Source: Eledone cirrhosa
Taxonomy: Eukaryota
Length of the DNA stretch: 64,000 nt
NCBI GenBank assembly: GCA_964016885.1
Contig: OZ024746.1
Coordinates: 90,272,001-90,336,000, forward strand
Direction: 5' to 3'
Shown here: positions 1 to 14,129 of the stretch, piece by piece
Layout of the letters: every line of letters begins with the position of its first letter
Numbering within the stretch: position 1 is the first letter of the stretch
Program-made: the position numbers and the translations under genes
The notes under the pieces: generated by a model
The model's database searches: none
Seen by the model: the letters and a program-made list of their open reading frames with translations, nothing else
What the model was told of the DNA's origin: nothing

Positions 1-92
1 TCATTTTCCTGAAAGACACAATATGTATTCTTTGATATTTTGCTCTCCAAATCAATGGCATTCCTAGTGCGCACAGTTGTTATATATGATTT

Positions 93-268
93 AATTGTTT
101 CTACTTTTGGCACTTACCCAGTGTATTACTGGTACTTTATTTTATCGACCCCGTAAGGATGAAAGTCAAAGTTAACCTCGACGGGATTTGAACTCAGAAT
201 GGCAAGGGCCATAACTCTATGCGTCAAAGCATGGCGTCCGACCCTTTACCGATACTGCCAATCCACCG
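93..268 (-). mobile_element. tRNA-derived SINE (family A, ~180 bp), full length
   Basis: The minus strand reads A-box TGGCAGTATCGG, B-box GAGTTCAAATCCC, body 'gttaactttgactttcatccttacggggtcgataaaataaagtaccag' and tail 'aaaagtagaaacaatt'. An 18-bp TSD tgttatatatgatttaat lies at 78-95 and 281-298. Confidence 0.9.
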
Positions 269-986
269 ACTGCATATATATGTTATATATGATTTAATAG
301 TGGTGGCTCTGTCTATATAGATTTATTTTTGCTTCAGTGAATAAGGAAGCAGCCAAAAATCTTTTCCTATAACTCTGTCTTGTGTGAATGATTACTGATT
401 ACATTCATGTAGATTTTACATATGTTAAATTTGAAATTAAATGGGGAATGAGATGGAAATAGATCCAAAAGTAGATGTCATTCTTTTTAGCTTAGTGAAA
501 AGGGGGAAATGTATGCATTTAATTCTACTTTATGTTTCGAGTGACATATTCGGAATGGGTGCAGGGTTTCTTCTATTCTTATTATCATTGGCTAAGTTAA
601 AACAATAAGCGGATAACATGTTCTATCCCAAAATATGTAAAATATGTAATTGATTTGATACATGATGGAAAGTTAAATGCTATGTATCTAGAATTAAAAT
701 TGTTTTTACTTTAATTTATAAGCGTTGTTAAATTTCACTGAGTATAAAATATGCCAGGTAAACTAACCATTATATAATACATATTTTCCTCGTCTCGTCT
801 TCCATAATGTTTTAAGTTTTCCTAGTATATGGAAAGATTCTATACGTATTTCGAAGTTTCGTGTCTGTTGACACTAAACATGAGGTTGGTAAAATAATAT
901 CTGTTTTATATTATCTAATGATTCTTAACAACTCTATATGATACTTCCTACTGTATTTGAATGAAACATGTGTAAACATATTATAT

Positions 987-1172
987 AATTGTTTCTACTT
1001 TTGGCACAAGGCCAGCAATTTCCCAGTGCATTACTGGTACTTTATTGTATCTACCCTGTAAGGAGGAAAGGCAAAGTTAACATCGACGGGATTTGAACTT
1101 AGACCGTAAAGGGACGTAACTATGCTGGAAAGCATGGCGTCCGACCCTCTACCAATACTGCCAATTCACCGC
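987..1172 (-). mobile_element. SINE family A, full length
   Basis: Same head, body and tail as 93-268. TSD gtaaa(c/t)atattatataat at 972-989 and 1173-1190 (1 mismatch). Confidence 0.9.
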
Positions 1173-1406
1173 GTAAATATATTATATAATGTATTAAACA
1201 TTGGTTTATTTATTCATTTCATGTATGCTGTGTGAGTTTTATAATACTACTATGACTAGAAATTTACAGATTGGATTTAACTTTGAAATGATGTTTACCA
1301 ATCTTGATGTGTATACTAAAGTCACATCAAGCTTGAATATCTGTATGCCTTATGCATTTGTATTATCAACTTATTTGTTATAACTTATAAATAAATACAC
1401 ACATAC

Positions 1407-1511
<105 letters not shown>

Positions 1512-1859
1512 TACTCTCGCGTTCTATTGGTAACATGTAACCCAGTACAGTATCCAACCCCATCAAGCTCGCTTGGTGTGGAGAGTGTTATTTGGACACC
1601 CTGCGGGATGAAATACAAGACCTGGCAAAGGGCAGAGGCGCTCAGCAGAGTCAACGGCCATCCAAATAGTATTTTCTTTATCTTATTTTTTTTTTATACG
1701 GAGAGTTAAAACTCCGAGGCATAAACAGTTGAGGGCTGTCGTTCTATTTTCTGTGGCAAACATTTGCACCGACGATATGTGTCGGCAGATCCAAAAAGTG
1801 TGGTTGGTCCTACACACGCATTCAACACTTCTGATTTAGGCAAAAGACCAACAATATTT

Positions 1860-1975
1860 GGCAAGGTGAAAGTCGATTAAATCGAGCCTGCTGGTTACTG
1901 GTATTTTATTTTATGGACCACAAAACGATGAAATGTAAAGTCTACCTCGGCAGGATTTGAACTCAGAGAGCAGAG
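1860..1975 (-). mobile_element. SINE family A-related, diverged partial copy
   Basis: 'ttactggtattttattttatggaccacaaaacgatgaaatgtaaagtctacctcggcaggatttgaactcag' matches the family A body and B-box. Confidence 0.75.
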
Positions 1976-3869
1976 AATCGGAGACATTGTAGAATACACT
2001 TGCTGAATATACAGGACAGTTGGTCTAATCCGTGCGAACATCTTTACACTAAGAACCTTTTGCCACGGAGATATGAATTCCAAATTAGTTTTTGCGTGCT
2101 AACCTCATAAAATGTCATAATTATAATTTATCTTAATTATTATCGAAGTTTCATTTCGTTTTTAAAAATGGAGTGCATGTCTTGTTTGACACGTTTTAAC
2201 ATTTCATTTCCGAAAACATAAATAATATTTTTTCTGTGTTTATTTTTCAGTGTAACGTTTTTCTTTTTTATCTCAAAAGAAATCTGAAATCTGAAATGCT
2301 AAATTTTCTATTTAATAACATTAAAGAATATTCTTAAAATTGCCATACGTGAAGAGAAAAAGGCAATATTGAAACATAGCAAAAATATTGATGCTGGAAA
2401 TTGATAATCATAAACATGCTAATCTTCCTGTCTCACCAGATGGAAGGTTTATAACCAAATATAATGAGTATTTTGAATGTTAGTCTCCACAAGACAGTAA
2501 AATTATGAATTATCGGAAGAAAACGGAAATACGTGCAGGTAAAAGAGAGAAAAAAAATGAGTGTAACGTAACCTCAAGAGCAAATAAGAGATTATTAGGA
2601 GAATGTTACTGCAGAATTGCAGAATGTTTAAGAAATCGATTCTCAATGAAACGATTCGGTTCCCATCACATTGCCTGGGAAAATGTGCGACTGTCTTTTT
2701 GTAAAGACTCCAATAGAGGAAAAAATGTTGAATAGCCATGAGTAAATGAAAACTCTCTGCATGTCCGGCATTGTGATTGTAAATTTAATTCAACAGATCA
2801 CGTTGCGGATTGATTTACATTAGTGTTAGCTTGTACTTATATTTTGAGCTTTCAGCCAAGTAGTTTAGACTCTCATGAAATTGTTGTCTAGACTAAACAG
2901 TTGGATAACCCCTCACCACATCCGACAGTGAACGATTCTATTTAATTCTAGGCAATGCTATTGTAGTGATGATATTAACAAAGAATTGCATATAATAAAA
3001 ACAGGAAAATAAAAAAAAAGATTATTAACAAATATGCATCAGAAATCAAAACGATAGCTGCGTTTTACATTATATATGTCCCGTGTGAGATGTGCACTCG
3101 ACCCTCTTACGACCAGCTGACATATAGGTCCAAGTATTCAAAATTATAGGTTGATTTTTAATCATCTCCCTGATCATTCCACCGGTGCTAAAGTACAGAG
3201 CAGGCAATTCAACTGCATGAAACCCATGTCTTCCACATAACGAATACCTTATAAACACATAATATACCAATTTAAGGTTACAACTCCCAACAATACATTT
3301 TCTTATGCCGGACAACACGGACCACATTTAAGGCAGCTGCTATATTAATTGTCACATGTTAGCAGGAGAGACGCGTAACTTCACTGCCCTTTCTGAGCTG
3401 AACTGGAAAATCAAGTTAGATAAATCACAGTCTTCACTTGAATAGTAAAGTACAATGAAGTGCCTCCCGATAGTGTTGGGTCTTGAATCTCTAATGGAAA
3501 CACTCGAAATTCTTAAACGTGGCCACGTCTGATTATGAGAAAGGCGGACTTCTTAATCGTTCCTTGATATCTTACATCAAGATCCTTCCTCAAGCGATAT
3601 GGACGGTAAATGTATGTAGTGGGAGTGACAGATAAGCCTCTCCAATATCTGAATAATAGACATTAGAAGTATACATGTGTATCTTCCAGCCTCATAGAGC
3701 GATAATAAGGTATAAGCAGAAACACTTGTGGTTTCGCTACACACATTAAAGATGCCGATATAAATGACAGAATGCCACACACACGGATGCAAATACTGCT
3801 GGACTTGGCAATACACATTTATCTACACTAGAATGTACACTAGCAATTGCAAAACATTAGAGTAAAAAC

Positions 3870-3958
3870 AATAAAGCACCAGTAACGTACTGAGGTTCAT
3901 TCAATCGACTTCCCACCTTCAAATTACTCGCATTTGCGCCTAAAGCAGAAACAATTAT
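3870..3958 (+). mobile_element. SINE family A-related 3' fragment
   Basis: 'aataaagcaccagtaacgtactg...cctaaagcagaaacaatta' matches the family A 3' end. Confidence 0.6.
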
Positions 3959-4894
3959 AACCCACTAACCCACTAAACATATATACATATACACACTAAC
4001 AAATTGGAATGATTTATGCTAAAATAACACCGATTTAATAATTGTCAATATACATACTCAATAGGATCACAACTGACACATATCATCAAACCATGTTTAC
4101 CAGATCTTCCTATATATATTACTCCTTTAATAGTCTATAAGCTTATAATCCTAGTATATAAATATATTTATTTGAAAACCTCTTCATTCCTAATACTTCA
4201 AAGCACATATAACACCTATAAATGCTACGTATCGACTTTTATTATCATGGTATCTTTTATACACATTAATACATATATTTCATTGACACCCCCCCCCCCC
4301 CCCCCCCCCAGCCCTTTCAAAATTCATCCGTATAGGTATCTTACATCGCAATTCGCTATGCATCCATTCCATGCCCCCCAGAGGTCGTGGCATATCGGCA
4401 TGTTTTACAACATGAAATGAAGACTGCTATGTATATTTTTAACACAAGCCTCTACCTGAGATCTGGAACTTTTCCTTGTTTTAACCACGGGAAGTACGAT
4501 GCAGCATGACTCTCACCATATTGCATATCTAGAGATTTCAAAGAGGTTTTGGTCAATTGGAGCATAGAACTTCACAACACTTACAGGTTAGGATTAGGAA
4601 ATAATGGGAAAGGCTAGATCAGGCATGGGCAGCCTTTCTCGAATAGCGGGTCGCATGAGATATAGCTCATCATCAGGCGGGCAGCAAGCGCTAATTTACA
4701 TTCGTCCCTATAATAAAAGAAAGGGAGATAACTCTTCAGAATTCGTACACATTGTTTTCCTCGATCGTATGCGGGTAACACATTCACAAAGATTTCACTT
4801 AGGTGACTTAGATAAGCCATTCAGATAGCTTCGCCCATGACTGGGCTAGTTGCTACCTGCTAGATATGGTCGGGATTTCCTCAACTTGTTCTAT

Positions 4895-5195
4895 GTTTCT
4901 GGTACTGTAGTTTTGTATAAAGGATGGAAAGGCCACTATTCAGTTGTGGTGCTAGAAATGGCTTCATCCATCGAAGTGGGTATAACCACAAGTCCTGATC
5001 TGTCAGAATGTATTATGGACTGGATACCATTAACAGGGAGATTTGGCTTCTAGAAGCTTAAGCTGAAAGGTAGGTCTCCGTTAGTAGAGCAAGTTCATGC
5101 AGCAAATCAGGAATATGAATACAGATCCTTCCTTGATGAAGACACTGCAACATTAGATATAGTTAAGACTAAATCAAGTATCTTAATGGGAGGCT
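4895..5195 (+). pseudogene. RTE-clade LINE APE endonuclease fragment (degenerate)
   Basis: Translation VGITTSPDLSECIMDWIPLTGRFGF*KLKLKGRSPLVEQVHAANQEYEYRSFLDE...SILMGG resembles the RTE APE segment GVG...R...QVYAPN...F...ILLGDFN; it contains a stop. Confidence 0.65.
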
Positions 5196-5560
5196 ACAAG
5201 ATTATATATACCAAATATAGATAGGGTAGGATGCTATATCTACCTTTAGGTTAATGTCCGCAGCAATTATCGCTGAGTGTCACTTCGTTAAGCGCTAAAA
5301 CAAATTCATACAAGTAACAAATACTATACATAATGATTTTAAATATACTCACCTATATTTATTTTCTAACAAAATACACAGTAAGCAAAAACTTAGAATA
5401 TGTGTTTAATTCTTTACGATTTAATGCTATAATAGAATTATGATCCATGTTCTTCATATGAAATACATTCTCAAGTATCATTAAATTCAGTTCAAATAAA
5501 ACAATGAGAAAGAAGAGATGTTATTCTCCTTTTTCTCGGTCTTCTTTCTTAGACTCTTTT

Positions 5561-5655
5561 TTAATTCTTGAATAAGGCATTTAATTCTTGAATATCGCAT
5601 TTAATTCTTGAATATCGCATTCAATTCTTGAAAAACACATTTAATTCTTGAGTAT
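5561..5655. repeat. 20-bp minisatellite (ttaattcttgaatatcgcat) x~4.7
   Basis: Units start at 5561, 5581, 5601, 5621 and 5641. Confidence 0.9.
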
Positions 5656-7594
5656 TGTGTTACATGTGTTTATTCTTAATTATTCTGATACAAAGACATT
5701 CATGGAAACTGAATATATATTCAGATATCTGCAACTTTTATAATATACAGAGATATCAAATCATTTTCAGAAGAGATAGGTATAATGTGATTAATTAATA
5801 TCATTGCTAAGTTTATGTTCCATATATATATGCATTGTATTATTATATGTAACGGTGTGCATGGTAATTTATCTACATAATCAATAGGCTATTACATTTT
5901 AAATCCATATTTCAACAACAATAAAATGAACACTTTTCTGTTGGAATTTGTTTTATTTCTTTCCCCAGGGATTGACAAGTAAATTAAATCCACGAATCAA
6001 TAATATTACATCTTTAAATATATAGCATATTTTATATTTTATATTTTATATTTTAATTGGTAAATAATATTTTCCGTATATTTCCTTACATATTTGTTCT
6101 TAAATGTGTAATATAAATGTAATAACTATTGAAGGGAAATATGCTTTTGTCTGACAAAATGTAGTGTAAACGCGGCACATTATATTTGCTATATGTTTTA
6201 CAAGGGAACTCCAAGTGAGACAATACACCTACATTAAATAGGATGATAATGCATAGGCTAGAAAATTATAGCAACTAACAAATCCATAACAACTGACACT
6301 ATGTACTTAGCCCCATATTTGTCATCTAAACCTGTAAGATCGTTCTATGTTGGAATACAGCCGATTTATTTCATAATGACATATAGACAACGATTTAGCG
6401 GGTGCGAGAAGTAGTGCGGCCTTTTAGTGAAAACAAATTGTAGAGGAGGAATCAACACCTTTATTGAATTGTCACCTTAGCCTCCTTAGAAATATGAAAC
6501 CAAACTTGACCTCTTCGATGCTTGACTCAAGTATGAAAGACCCAGAGAAAGCATCACAACGTATTTTTGGCAAAAATCTAAAGACTCCACCAATCGACGC
6601 GATGCCACATGAGTACTTAATTACAAATATACGTTCTTTGATGTTTGAAAAATTTAAGCTCTGTAAAATGTTTAATTTTAATATTTAGTTTAACGTGTAA
6701 GCAACGTACTCCAAAATGGTATTATATAATCAATTCTCCTGCTCTTATGTTAGTCAAATTATTTGCATAAATAAATTCAAACACAATTGATTCAAAATCA
6801 ATATACCATTGTGATTCTCGTGTTCATATTTTAAATGACCTTCGTGGAGTTTCGCTCTTTATCCATTACTTCTATTTATCACTTTTAATTATCAAAATAT
6901 TCCTGTCGGCTTTTGCTAACTTTCTTAACGAAATGCCAAATTTCCCCCAGCGTAATAAAATTTTCGTATATTTAACGTTCAGTGAACTTTACTGTCAGTA
7001 CCGATTAATTAATTCCTCCTGAGGAATGCATTCACGAGTGAATATTATTAATGCAGGTTATTTTCCTGCCATCTACTTGTTTTGGCAATAAAAATGAACA
7101 TTTATTCTCCAGAATTTACTTAAATATCACTGTTTACCAAGTTCTGACTATTCAAGACTAGGTTGAACTATAGAAGCGAGATGCAACATCATCAGAAAAT
7201 AAATAAAATTTAAGTGTTTCAGAGTTCAAAATGACCCTGTCTCAAGATAAAACCACCACGTACTTCGTTATTTTGACCGTTTCATTGGTACCATAAAAGT
7301 GTAGTAAATTTCCTACATAGACATACATATATACTAACATTTTCCCAAACACACATCCCCACTCACACGCATACATATACGGAGATACACACATATATGT
7401 AAAGACAATACCGGGAAAAAATAAGACACGGTCATTGTATTCGTTATTCTGGGATTCACCAGCTCTGTTTTCATGTCTCCAAACAAAATAAAGTTAGTTG
7501 GCTAAAATACTGTGTAGTACATAACAAGGCATGAAAGGGGAAGTCATTGACTTGCCTCTACATAGAAAGCTCTAGGATAGGAAATACACACAGT

Positions 7595-7627
<33 letters not shown>

Positions 7628-7941
7628 GGTTGGTTTTGTCGCTGTGACTATATGTGACTAGCGTTGTATGCTGATGTTTCTTTTCTGTGGTTGTTGTCTT
7701 TGTCACTGCTTGAAGAGAATATATGTCGAACTTTTCAACATATGTGAATTGATTTAAAAGAGACCTCACTTCATTGAGCGCGTTCTGTATTTGCCTTGAA
7801 CGTCGGTTGTTGGTTATTTGCAGTGTTCTTTTTACACCATAATTCATAAGTAAAACGTTTAGTTTTTTGGTTTTGGAAATACATCATACAATAATCGGAA
7901 TATCATTTCCATGTTATCTATATTTCGACATCTTGTTTAAT

Positions 7942-8121
7942 AATTGTTTCTACGTTTGGCTCAAGGCCAGCAACTACCAGTGCATTACTGGTACTTTATT
8001 TTATCGACTCCGTAAGGATGAAAGGCAAAGTTAACCTCGGCGGGATTTGAACTCAGAATGGCAAGGGCCGTAACTCTATGCATCAAAGCATGGCGTCCGA
8101 CCCTCTACCGATGCTGCCAAT
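7942..8121 (-). mobile_element. SINE family A, inserted at the tail of a second SINE
   Basis: Full family A sequence flanked by tttaataat at 7936-7944 and 8121-8129. Confidence 0.9.
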
Positions 8122-8126
8122 TTAAT

Positions 8127-8343
8127 AATGGTTTCTTATATAGGCACAAGGCCAGCAATTTAGAGGGAGGGGATTAAATTGACACCAGTGCGTGACTGGT
8201 CGTTTATTTTATCGACCTCGTAAGCATGAAAGGCAAAGTTAACCTCGGCGGAATTTTAATCATATGACTCAGATCATAAAGGGCCGTAGTTCTATGCTGC
8301 AAAGCATGGCGTCCGACTCTTTACCGATACTTGCAACCCACCT
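8127..8343 (-). mobile_element. SINE family A long variant
   Basis: Family A head and body plus an extra segment 'ttagagggaggggattaaattgacaccagtg'. Confidence 0.85.
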
Positions 8344-8621
8344 CCCTACCATTATAATCATCGTCGTCGTCTTCGTCTCTGGTATACAATCACAGTCTCC
8401 TTCATCCAGTGTAAATTTCGTATTCTCTTGTGATGCGGTGGACTAGTGCATAGCCATGTCTAACGGAGTGATTTGTATGGTTTGACTGAAGTTGAATTGA
8501 GAACGGTAATTGACGGACGACATATTGCAAACTATCTCAACCTAGGTTCTACGGATTTCATGAACATATCGGAATGAACTAGCTTTTTAAAATATGTATT
8601 TCATTTTATTCACCACCAGAT

Positions 8622-8727
8622 AATTGTTTCTACTTTTGGCAGAAGGCCAGCAATTACACAATACATTACTGCTACTTTATTTTATCGACCTCGTAAGGAT
8701 GAAAGACAAAGTTAATCTCGGCGGGAT
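8622..8727 (-). mobile_element. SINE family A, 5'-truncated
   Basis: Tail and body present; the copy ends within the B-box (gcgggat). Confidence 0.85.
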
Positions 8728-10150
8728 AAGATGAAGATGAATTTAGCGAGCAGCGTGAACAACCGAATAATACAAGGTGTTCTAACGACTCTGACAAACA
8801 TTGTGATTTGTATGTGACAGGAATAGCTTATGGCGAGAGGTGAACCCATATTCTCACTGAACGCAATATACTAAGTGACAAACCAAGCTGTGCGTTTGTA
8901 AAAAAGTTAAATAAGATATATATTAATCAAGATTGTAATTAACTACTTATCAGTAAATTGTATTTTGAAGAATGCAAATAGGATATAAATTGCTCAAATG
9001 TTATATTTTCTGTTTCGTTCAACAATTTATCAGTCAAACCTCTTAAGGATAAACGGCTCCACGATAGATTATAGCTGTGATTGTATTCCATATTAACATA
9101 GCGTTTGATTAAAGCGTTACAGGGGCTGGCTCTAGTAGAATTAATTATAGATAATATACATATCTCAATTTCTTCGGTGCTCTACAATTTCAACCAAACT
9201 GCAGCTTGGTTTTATATACAAAGTTGATTGATAATTCCGAGATATTATCTCTTGCCTTAGGAAAATAAATATAATCTTTGTTTCGTACAATATTTCACAA
9301 TGAAATTATTTCAGCATATCGAAAACAAACATTCGTTGTGTTTTTTTATGGTATTAACAAGAACATCGTGCAGGAAAAAAGAACATATTTTCTTCTTTTG
9401 TTATTTGTTCTTTGGACTTTTTTGTATATCATTTTTATTCAATTTCCAAGTATAAATGTGAAGTCCTTGTACACAGCCCGAATCCTAGAATATTTACTTA
9501 AATGTGTAGAGGTATTTATAATAAATTATCTACAACTTAAACGTATCCAGGTTCGACATACTGCATGTAATTATCTGTTCAAAATATCTGTCATGATGTA
9601 GATCCGAATGTCATAAACACCATTGCAAATTTATAAAACATTTTGAGAAAAATGGATTAAAGGGGAAGTGTTTGTAAACACATCTGAAGGACATGATACT
9701 TCTGGTTTTCCTTCCCTAGTGTAGTTTCCCACTGTTATATAGTTCTTCCTTGGATCTTTTTGGTAAAGCTTACCCTTTTGTAAACATTCACACCCCACCT
9801 CATTTTCTTTCTTGTATGTCTTAGAAAAAAAACTGTCAGATGCTGATGTTGATCAGTGAGTTTGTCTGACTAACTCAGGTAAAAATCACTTCTAAGAAAT
9901 GAATTTAACAACCCACGCAGTGATATGGTGACTATTAATCGACATGCGATATTTATTTGCAACATGGTAGATTCAAACAGAAAACATCAATGATTAATGG
10001 TAATTAATGTGATGAGTAAAGAGCAATGCTATACTACGATAGACATTCATTTAAAATACATATATTTTTAATAAATAGATTTAACTTCAAGCCGAGTATA
10101 TGATAATTTTCTGTATTAAGTAAAGTTGGTGTTCGTTATAAGACATATGG

Positions 10151-10277
10151 CCCTCGCCATTCTGAGTTCGAATCCCGCTGAGGTTAACTTTGCCTGTCTT
10201 CCTTACAGGGTTGATCAAATAAGTACCAATAATACATTGGGTAATTGCTGGCCTTAAGCCAAAAAGTAGAAACAATT
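10151..10277 (+). mobile_element. SINE family A, 5'-truncated with TSD
   Basis: B-box gagttcgaatccc, body and tail present. Perfect 15-bp TSD ttataagacatatgg at 10136-10150 and 10276-10290. Confidence 0.9.
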
Positions 10278-10779
10278 ATAAGACATATGGTAGATATCTT
10301 TATTCAAATATGCCTTGTATATGATTCGCAATTATTACTCGCAGATTGCTGAAGGCGAAACTCAAGACTAGCGTTAGTTTGACGTTACATAACCTAGTAC
10401 ACGATGCAGTAGAAGGTATATATTCAAAATAATAGCCATATGTGTACCTAGAATAAGATGAATAATATATTCGATACATATGTTCAAGAATTCACCACGA
10501 AGAAATAAACAGTTATTTCCACTAAACGGGATGGCAAAACTTGTCCAGATTGAAATAATTGAATCAGCCGAATGAGAATCATAGTTACGAGAATGCGCTC
10601 ATCGTTCAACACATTATATACCTATTTTTATTTAAAACTAACTCTGTTCATGCCGTCGCTTATACGTGATCTTTTCACTGCTAACAGGACAAAAATGCAC
10701 AACATTCATGACTATAAGGAAAGGTTCGCATGAATAAGAAATTGAAAATGAGTTTGGATTGTACACTTGCTTCAATTAC

Positions 10780-11050
10780 TATGATAACCGAATGCTGGAG
10801 TTGGCATTTTACTGCACCAGCTAGTGCTATCCATAGACTTAGTTCAACCTTCCACCTGGTTCTGTGTTACTTAAAATTATCCACCTGATTCAATGGATCT
10901 ACTTTCACTTCGCAGGCTTCCTTGAGATGACGTGTGTCTCAGTCTTGGCAGTACTGATCAGCATATGTATCACTTCAACTTGAGACTAACTAAAGTCATG
11001 AAAGCCCACAAGTGTGGCAGCTGATAAAATGGGAAGTACTCTCGGATAAG
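10780..11050 (-). pseudogene. RTE-clade RT fragment (degenerate)
   Basis: The minus strand reads MLISTAKTETHVISRKP...LNQVDNFK...IALAGAVKCQLQHSVI, matching the RTE RT end pattern GMKISxxKTE...QVxxFKYLG...RIxxAxAV. Confidence 0.55.
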
Positions 11051-11429
11051 GAAGTCAGGATCATGTTTGCAGACACTATTGCATCGCAATTCAGAGATAT
11101 CCTTAAGCAAACTGAGGACGTGGAAACGGAGTAGAGACTGTTCACCTCGGCAATCATGCTTCATCTGTTTAAGTCTACAGGCGACAGCAGCTGGCTGGAG
11201 CGTCATGGGGGTTATATGAAACCTTGGTTCAATCAAGACCAGAAGGCTACATGTTTAGGTGTGTGATGTTACACCATTTCATTTGCATACTATCTTTAAA
11301 ATAAATATATTATTGCACCATAAAAAAAGTGGTGTATTCACCCTAAAATATTTAATAATTCAATTCTTAATATTTTACATATTCTAATAATGAAAAAATA
11401 AAAACATCTAATATGTCTCCCTATTCACT

Positions 11430-11862
11430 TACGCATCTTTGCAGAATGGAGGACGATCGAATCCCGAAACAACTTTTGTATGGCGATATATGTAAAGGTA
11501 CGAGACCACCTCACATTTTAAAGCTACGATTCAAAGAATCTGTATGGGACTCATTGAACAAATGTGGTTTGATGGTGGCTGACTGGGAGATAGAAGCGCT
11601 TGAAACAGAAAATGGCGTGGAATGGTGAATGATGGGGTCAATAAGGTTGAGGACAGACGTATAGAACAGGAGAATATCAAACAGGATATGCGTAAGCAAT
11701 GCTCTTGTGCATCTCTTGAAACGCTCGGTGCCTTCATTGAATTGGTTTGCCCTGGGTGTGGAAAGATTTGCGTGAGCAAATCTGGTCTCGGGAGCCAGAT
11801 TCATAGCCATGTTCAAAGTGAACCAGTGAACTATGATCTTCACGGATTGTGAAAGTTCACAG
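11430..11862 (+). pseudogene. RTE-clade LINE 3' end with terminal C2H2-type zinc finger
   Basis: HLCRMEDDRIPKQLLYGDICKGTRP...LRFKE, then a frameshift to CPGCGKICVSKSGLGSQIHSH; typical RTE C-terminus. Confidence 0.8.
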
Positions 11863-11985
11863 GCAGCTTGATCTAAACCTGAGACCAGGGAGATACATAG
11901 ATAACGCCAATGTGCAACGGAGTGCAAGTCTCTTAAAAAGCCATATCCGAACGCCACACATCTGAATCTGGAAAACAATTGCGTG

Positions 11986-12225
11986 TGGTTAGCTGGACAT
12001 GCTCACCGACATCCAGAGTTGACATTGCACTCAGTGCTCCTTTGGGAGCCCCTACATGGACACACTAGAAGAGGAAGACCAAGGTTAACGTATGTTGATC
12101 CCCTAAGGACAGACACTGGTCTGTTGGAGACGCAGGACATGGCAGCGATAATGAGGGACAGAGACCGCTGGAGAGAACTCGTCCATGGATCTCGGGAATT
12201 TTACCGGCCTTAGATAGATAGATAT
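11986..12225 (+). pseudogene. RTE-clade LINE 3' end (second family) with (TAGA)n tail
   Basis: [37 protein letters not shown]...DRDRWRELV...RP* followed by tagatagatagata. Confidence 0.85.
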
Positions 12226-12578
12226 TTCCAGGCAAGCAGTACGTAATGAAATGTTTACCCGTTAAAATATCTGCATAACATTGAAAGTAACTCATGAAGG
12301 TGTGAAGTTAAATGCAGCGAAACGAAATGCAGAGCTTACGTTAGAGAAGGGGAGGTAAGAAGCCGGGAATCACTATTATTAAAATGAAACCGACTGCTAT
12401 CTCCATCGCAGTTGAATGTGTTCCCTCTCCTAGAATCTACGAAATAACTGCTCGACATACCACAAAAGCTAAAATATGCCTTGTAAATTTGTCATTCGCA
12501 TAATCGTATGTTTTATCTGTAGTGTTTGTATCTATGCATATCTCACCATATATAGTCATATATATTTATGTGTGTGTG

Positions 12579-12650
<72 letters not shown>

Positions 12651-12653
<3 letters not shown>

Positions 12654-13119
12654 AAGGCGGGTAAAATTCCCGAGATCCATGGACGAGTTCTCTCCAGCGT
12701 TCACTGTCCCTCATTATCGCTGCCATATCCTGCATCTCCAACAGACCAGTGAGTGTCCTTAGGGCAACAACATATGTTAACCTTGTCTTCCTCTTCTAGT
12801 GTGTCCATGTAGGGGCGGCGTGTCACAGCTTGAGATCGGTGTGGAAGTCGGACCTTCGTAGAGACCTGAAAATCCGCCTCTTCATTGCTGTAGTGGTGTC
12901 TGTGCTGCTGTATGGGTCTGAGACTTGGACACTGACCAAGAGACTCACTCAGATGGTGGATGGGTGCTACACGAGAATGCTGAGGATGGCTCTGAACATT
13001 AATCAGTATACACTGTGGATGAAAAACTCAGAGCTGTATGGGAGCATCCCAAAAGTCAACTCAAAAGTGACACAGAGAAGACTGAGTTTGGCTGGACATG
13101 CTCACCGACATCCAGAGTT

Positions 13120-13122
<3 letters not shown>
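12651..13122. mobile_element. RTE-clade LINE insertion with internal inversion, embedded in (TA)n
   Basis: 12651-12816 is the reverse complement of the 3' end seen at ~12048-12213. 12813-13122 (+) encodes the upstream part, AACHSLRSVWKS...SVLLYGSETWTLTK...[16 protein letters not shown]. Confidence 0.85.
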
Positions 13123-13157
<35 letters not shown>

Positions 13158-13160
13158 CCC

Positions 13161-13219
<59 letters not shown>

Positions 13220-14129
13220 AATGGGGATGTTTGCCGGTTTTAATCGGGGGTAGCCACATTAATACCTATATATATATATAGGTATTCGAGGTGCAAAGAA
13301 TAGCACTAGATGCTCGTGTCGAGCAGATTGTCAATAATACTATATATAAGGAAACAGAGATTCAGTGTTGCATTATATAAAAAGAAATGACGACAAGGCA
13401 GAACGTTTGACCACGTCTTGACCAAACAACATATAATATTTTCACAAAAAAATGCATTTAGACATATGTATGTCAGATGGATTACAATATTCATTATTAC
13501 AAATACTTTGACTGTTCCCTGACTACTAGTACCAGTTTCAACACAGAATTATTTTAACGAGTATATTTCATTTGATTTGATTTTCGGCAACAAACCACGT
13601 GTGGACATGGATGGCGGAAAAAAACAAAAACAAATCACTACATCTCTTAGGGATCGCAGTAAGTACTTCACTAAATCTATAAACAACAATATACACACAC
13701 ATCTGTATACACATACATACCACAAGTTAAAAGAAACCACACTATTTCGTGTGAGACACTATACCGGCCACATTTGTAAAATATTTCTGAACATTGACTT
13801 CGCTTCTAACCCACATACACGTTTATAATTATATATATATATATATACTTATATATTCGTTTGCAGATATTTGTGTATACACACACACATAATACATAGG
13901 AAAACAGAAACAGAAATACAAAAACAAAACATAAACACACATTTATCTCGTTAACTTACGCAGCATATTTATTTGCTTACATGCGCAGATCCTTGTGTAC
14001 ACACACACAATATTTAGGAAAACGGAAACAAAAATACACGAAAAAAACTAAACGAAAAACAAACATTTTATTTCTATCGTAATCAAGTGTGCTAAACCTA
14101 TATTGTTTACATTCTGTGTTTTTCTACAG

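Noticed and set aside
93-268. A/B-box sequences as tRNA genes
   Set aside because: No cloverleaf; they are SINE heads with a repeated body, tail and TSDs.
5561-5655. Regularly spaced repeats as a CRISPR array
   Set aside because: A head-to-tail 20-bp minisatellite with no unique spacers, in eukaryotic context with no cas genes.
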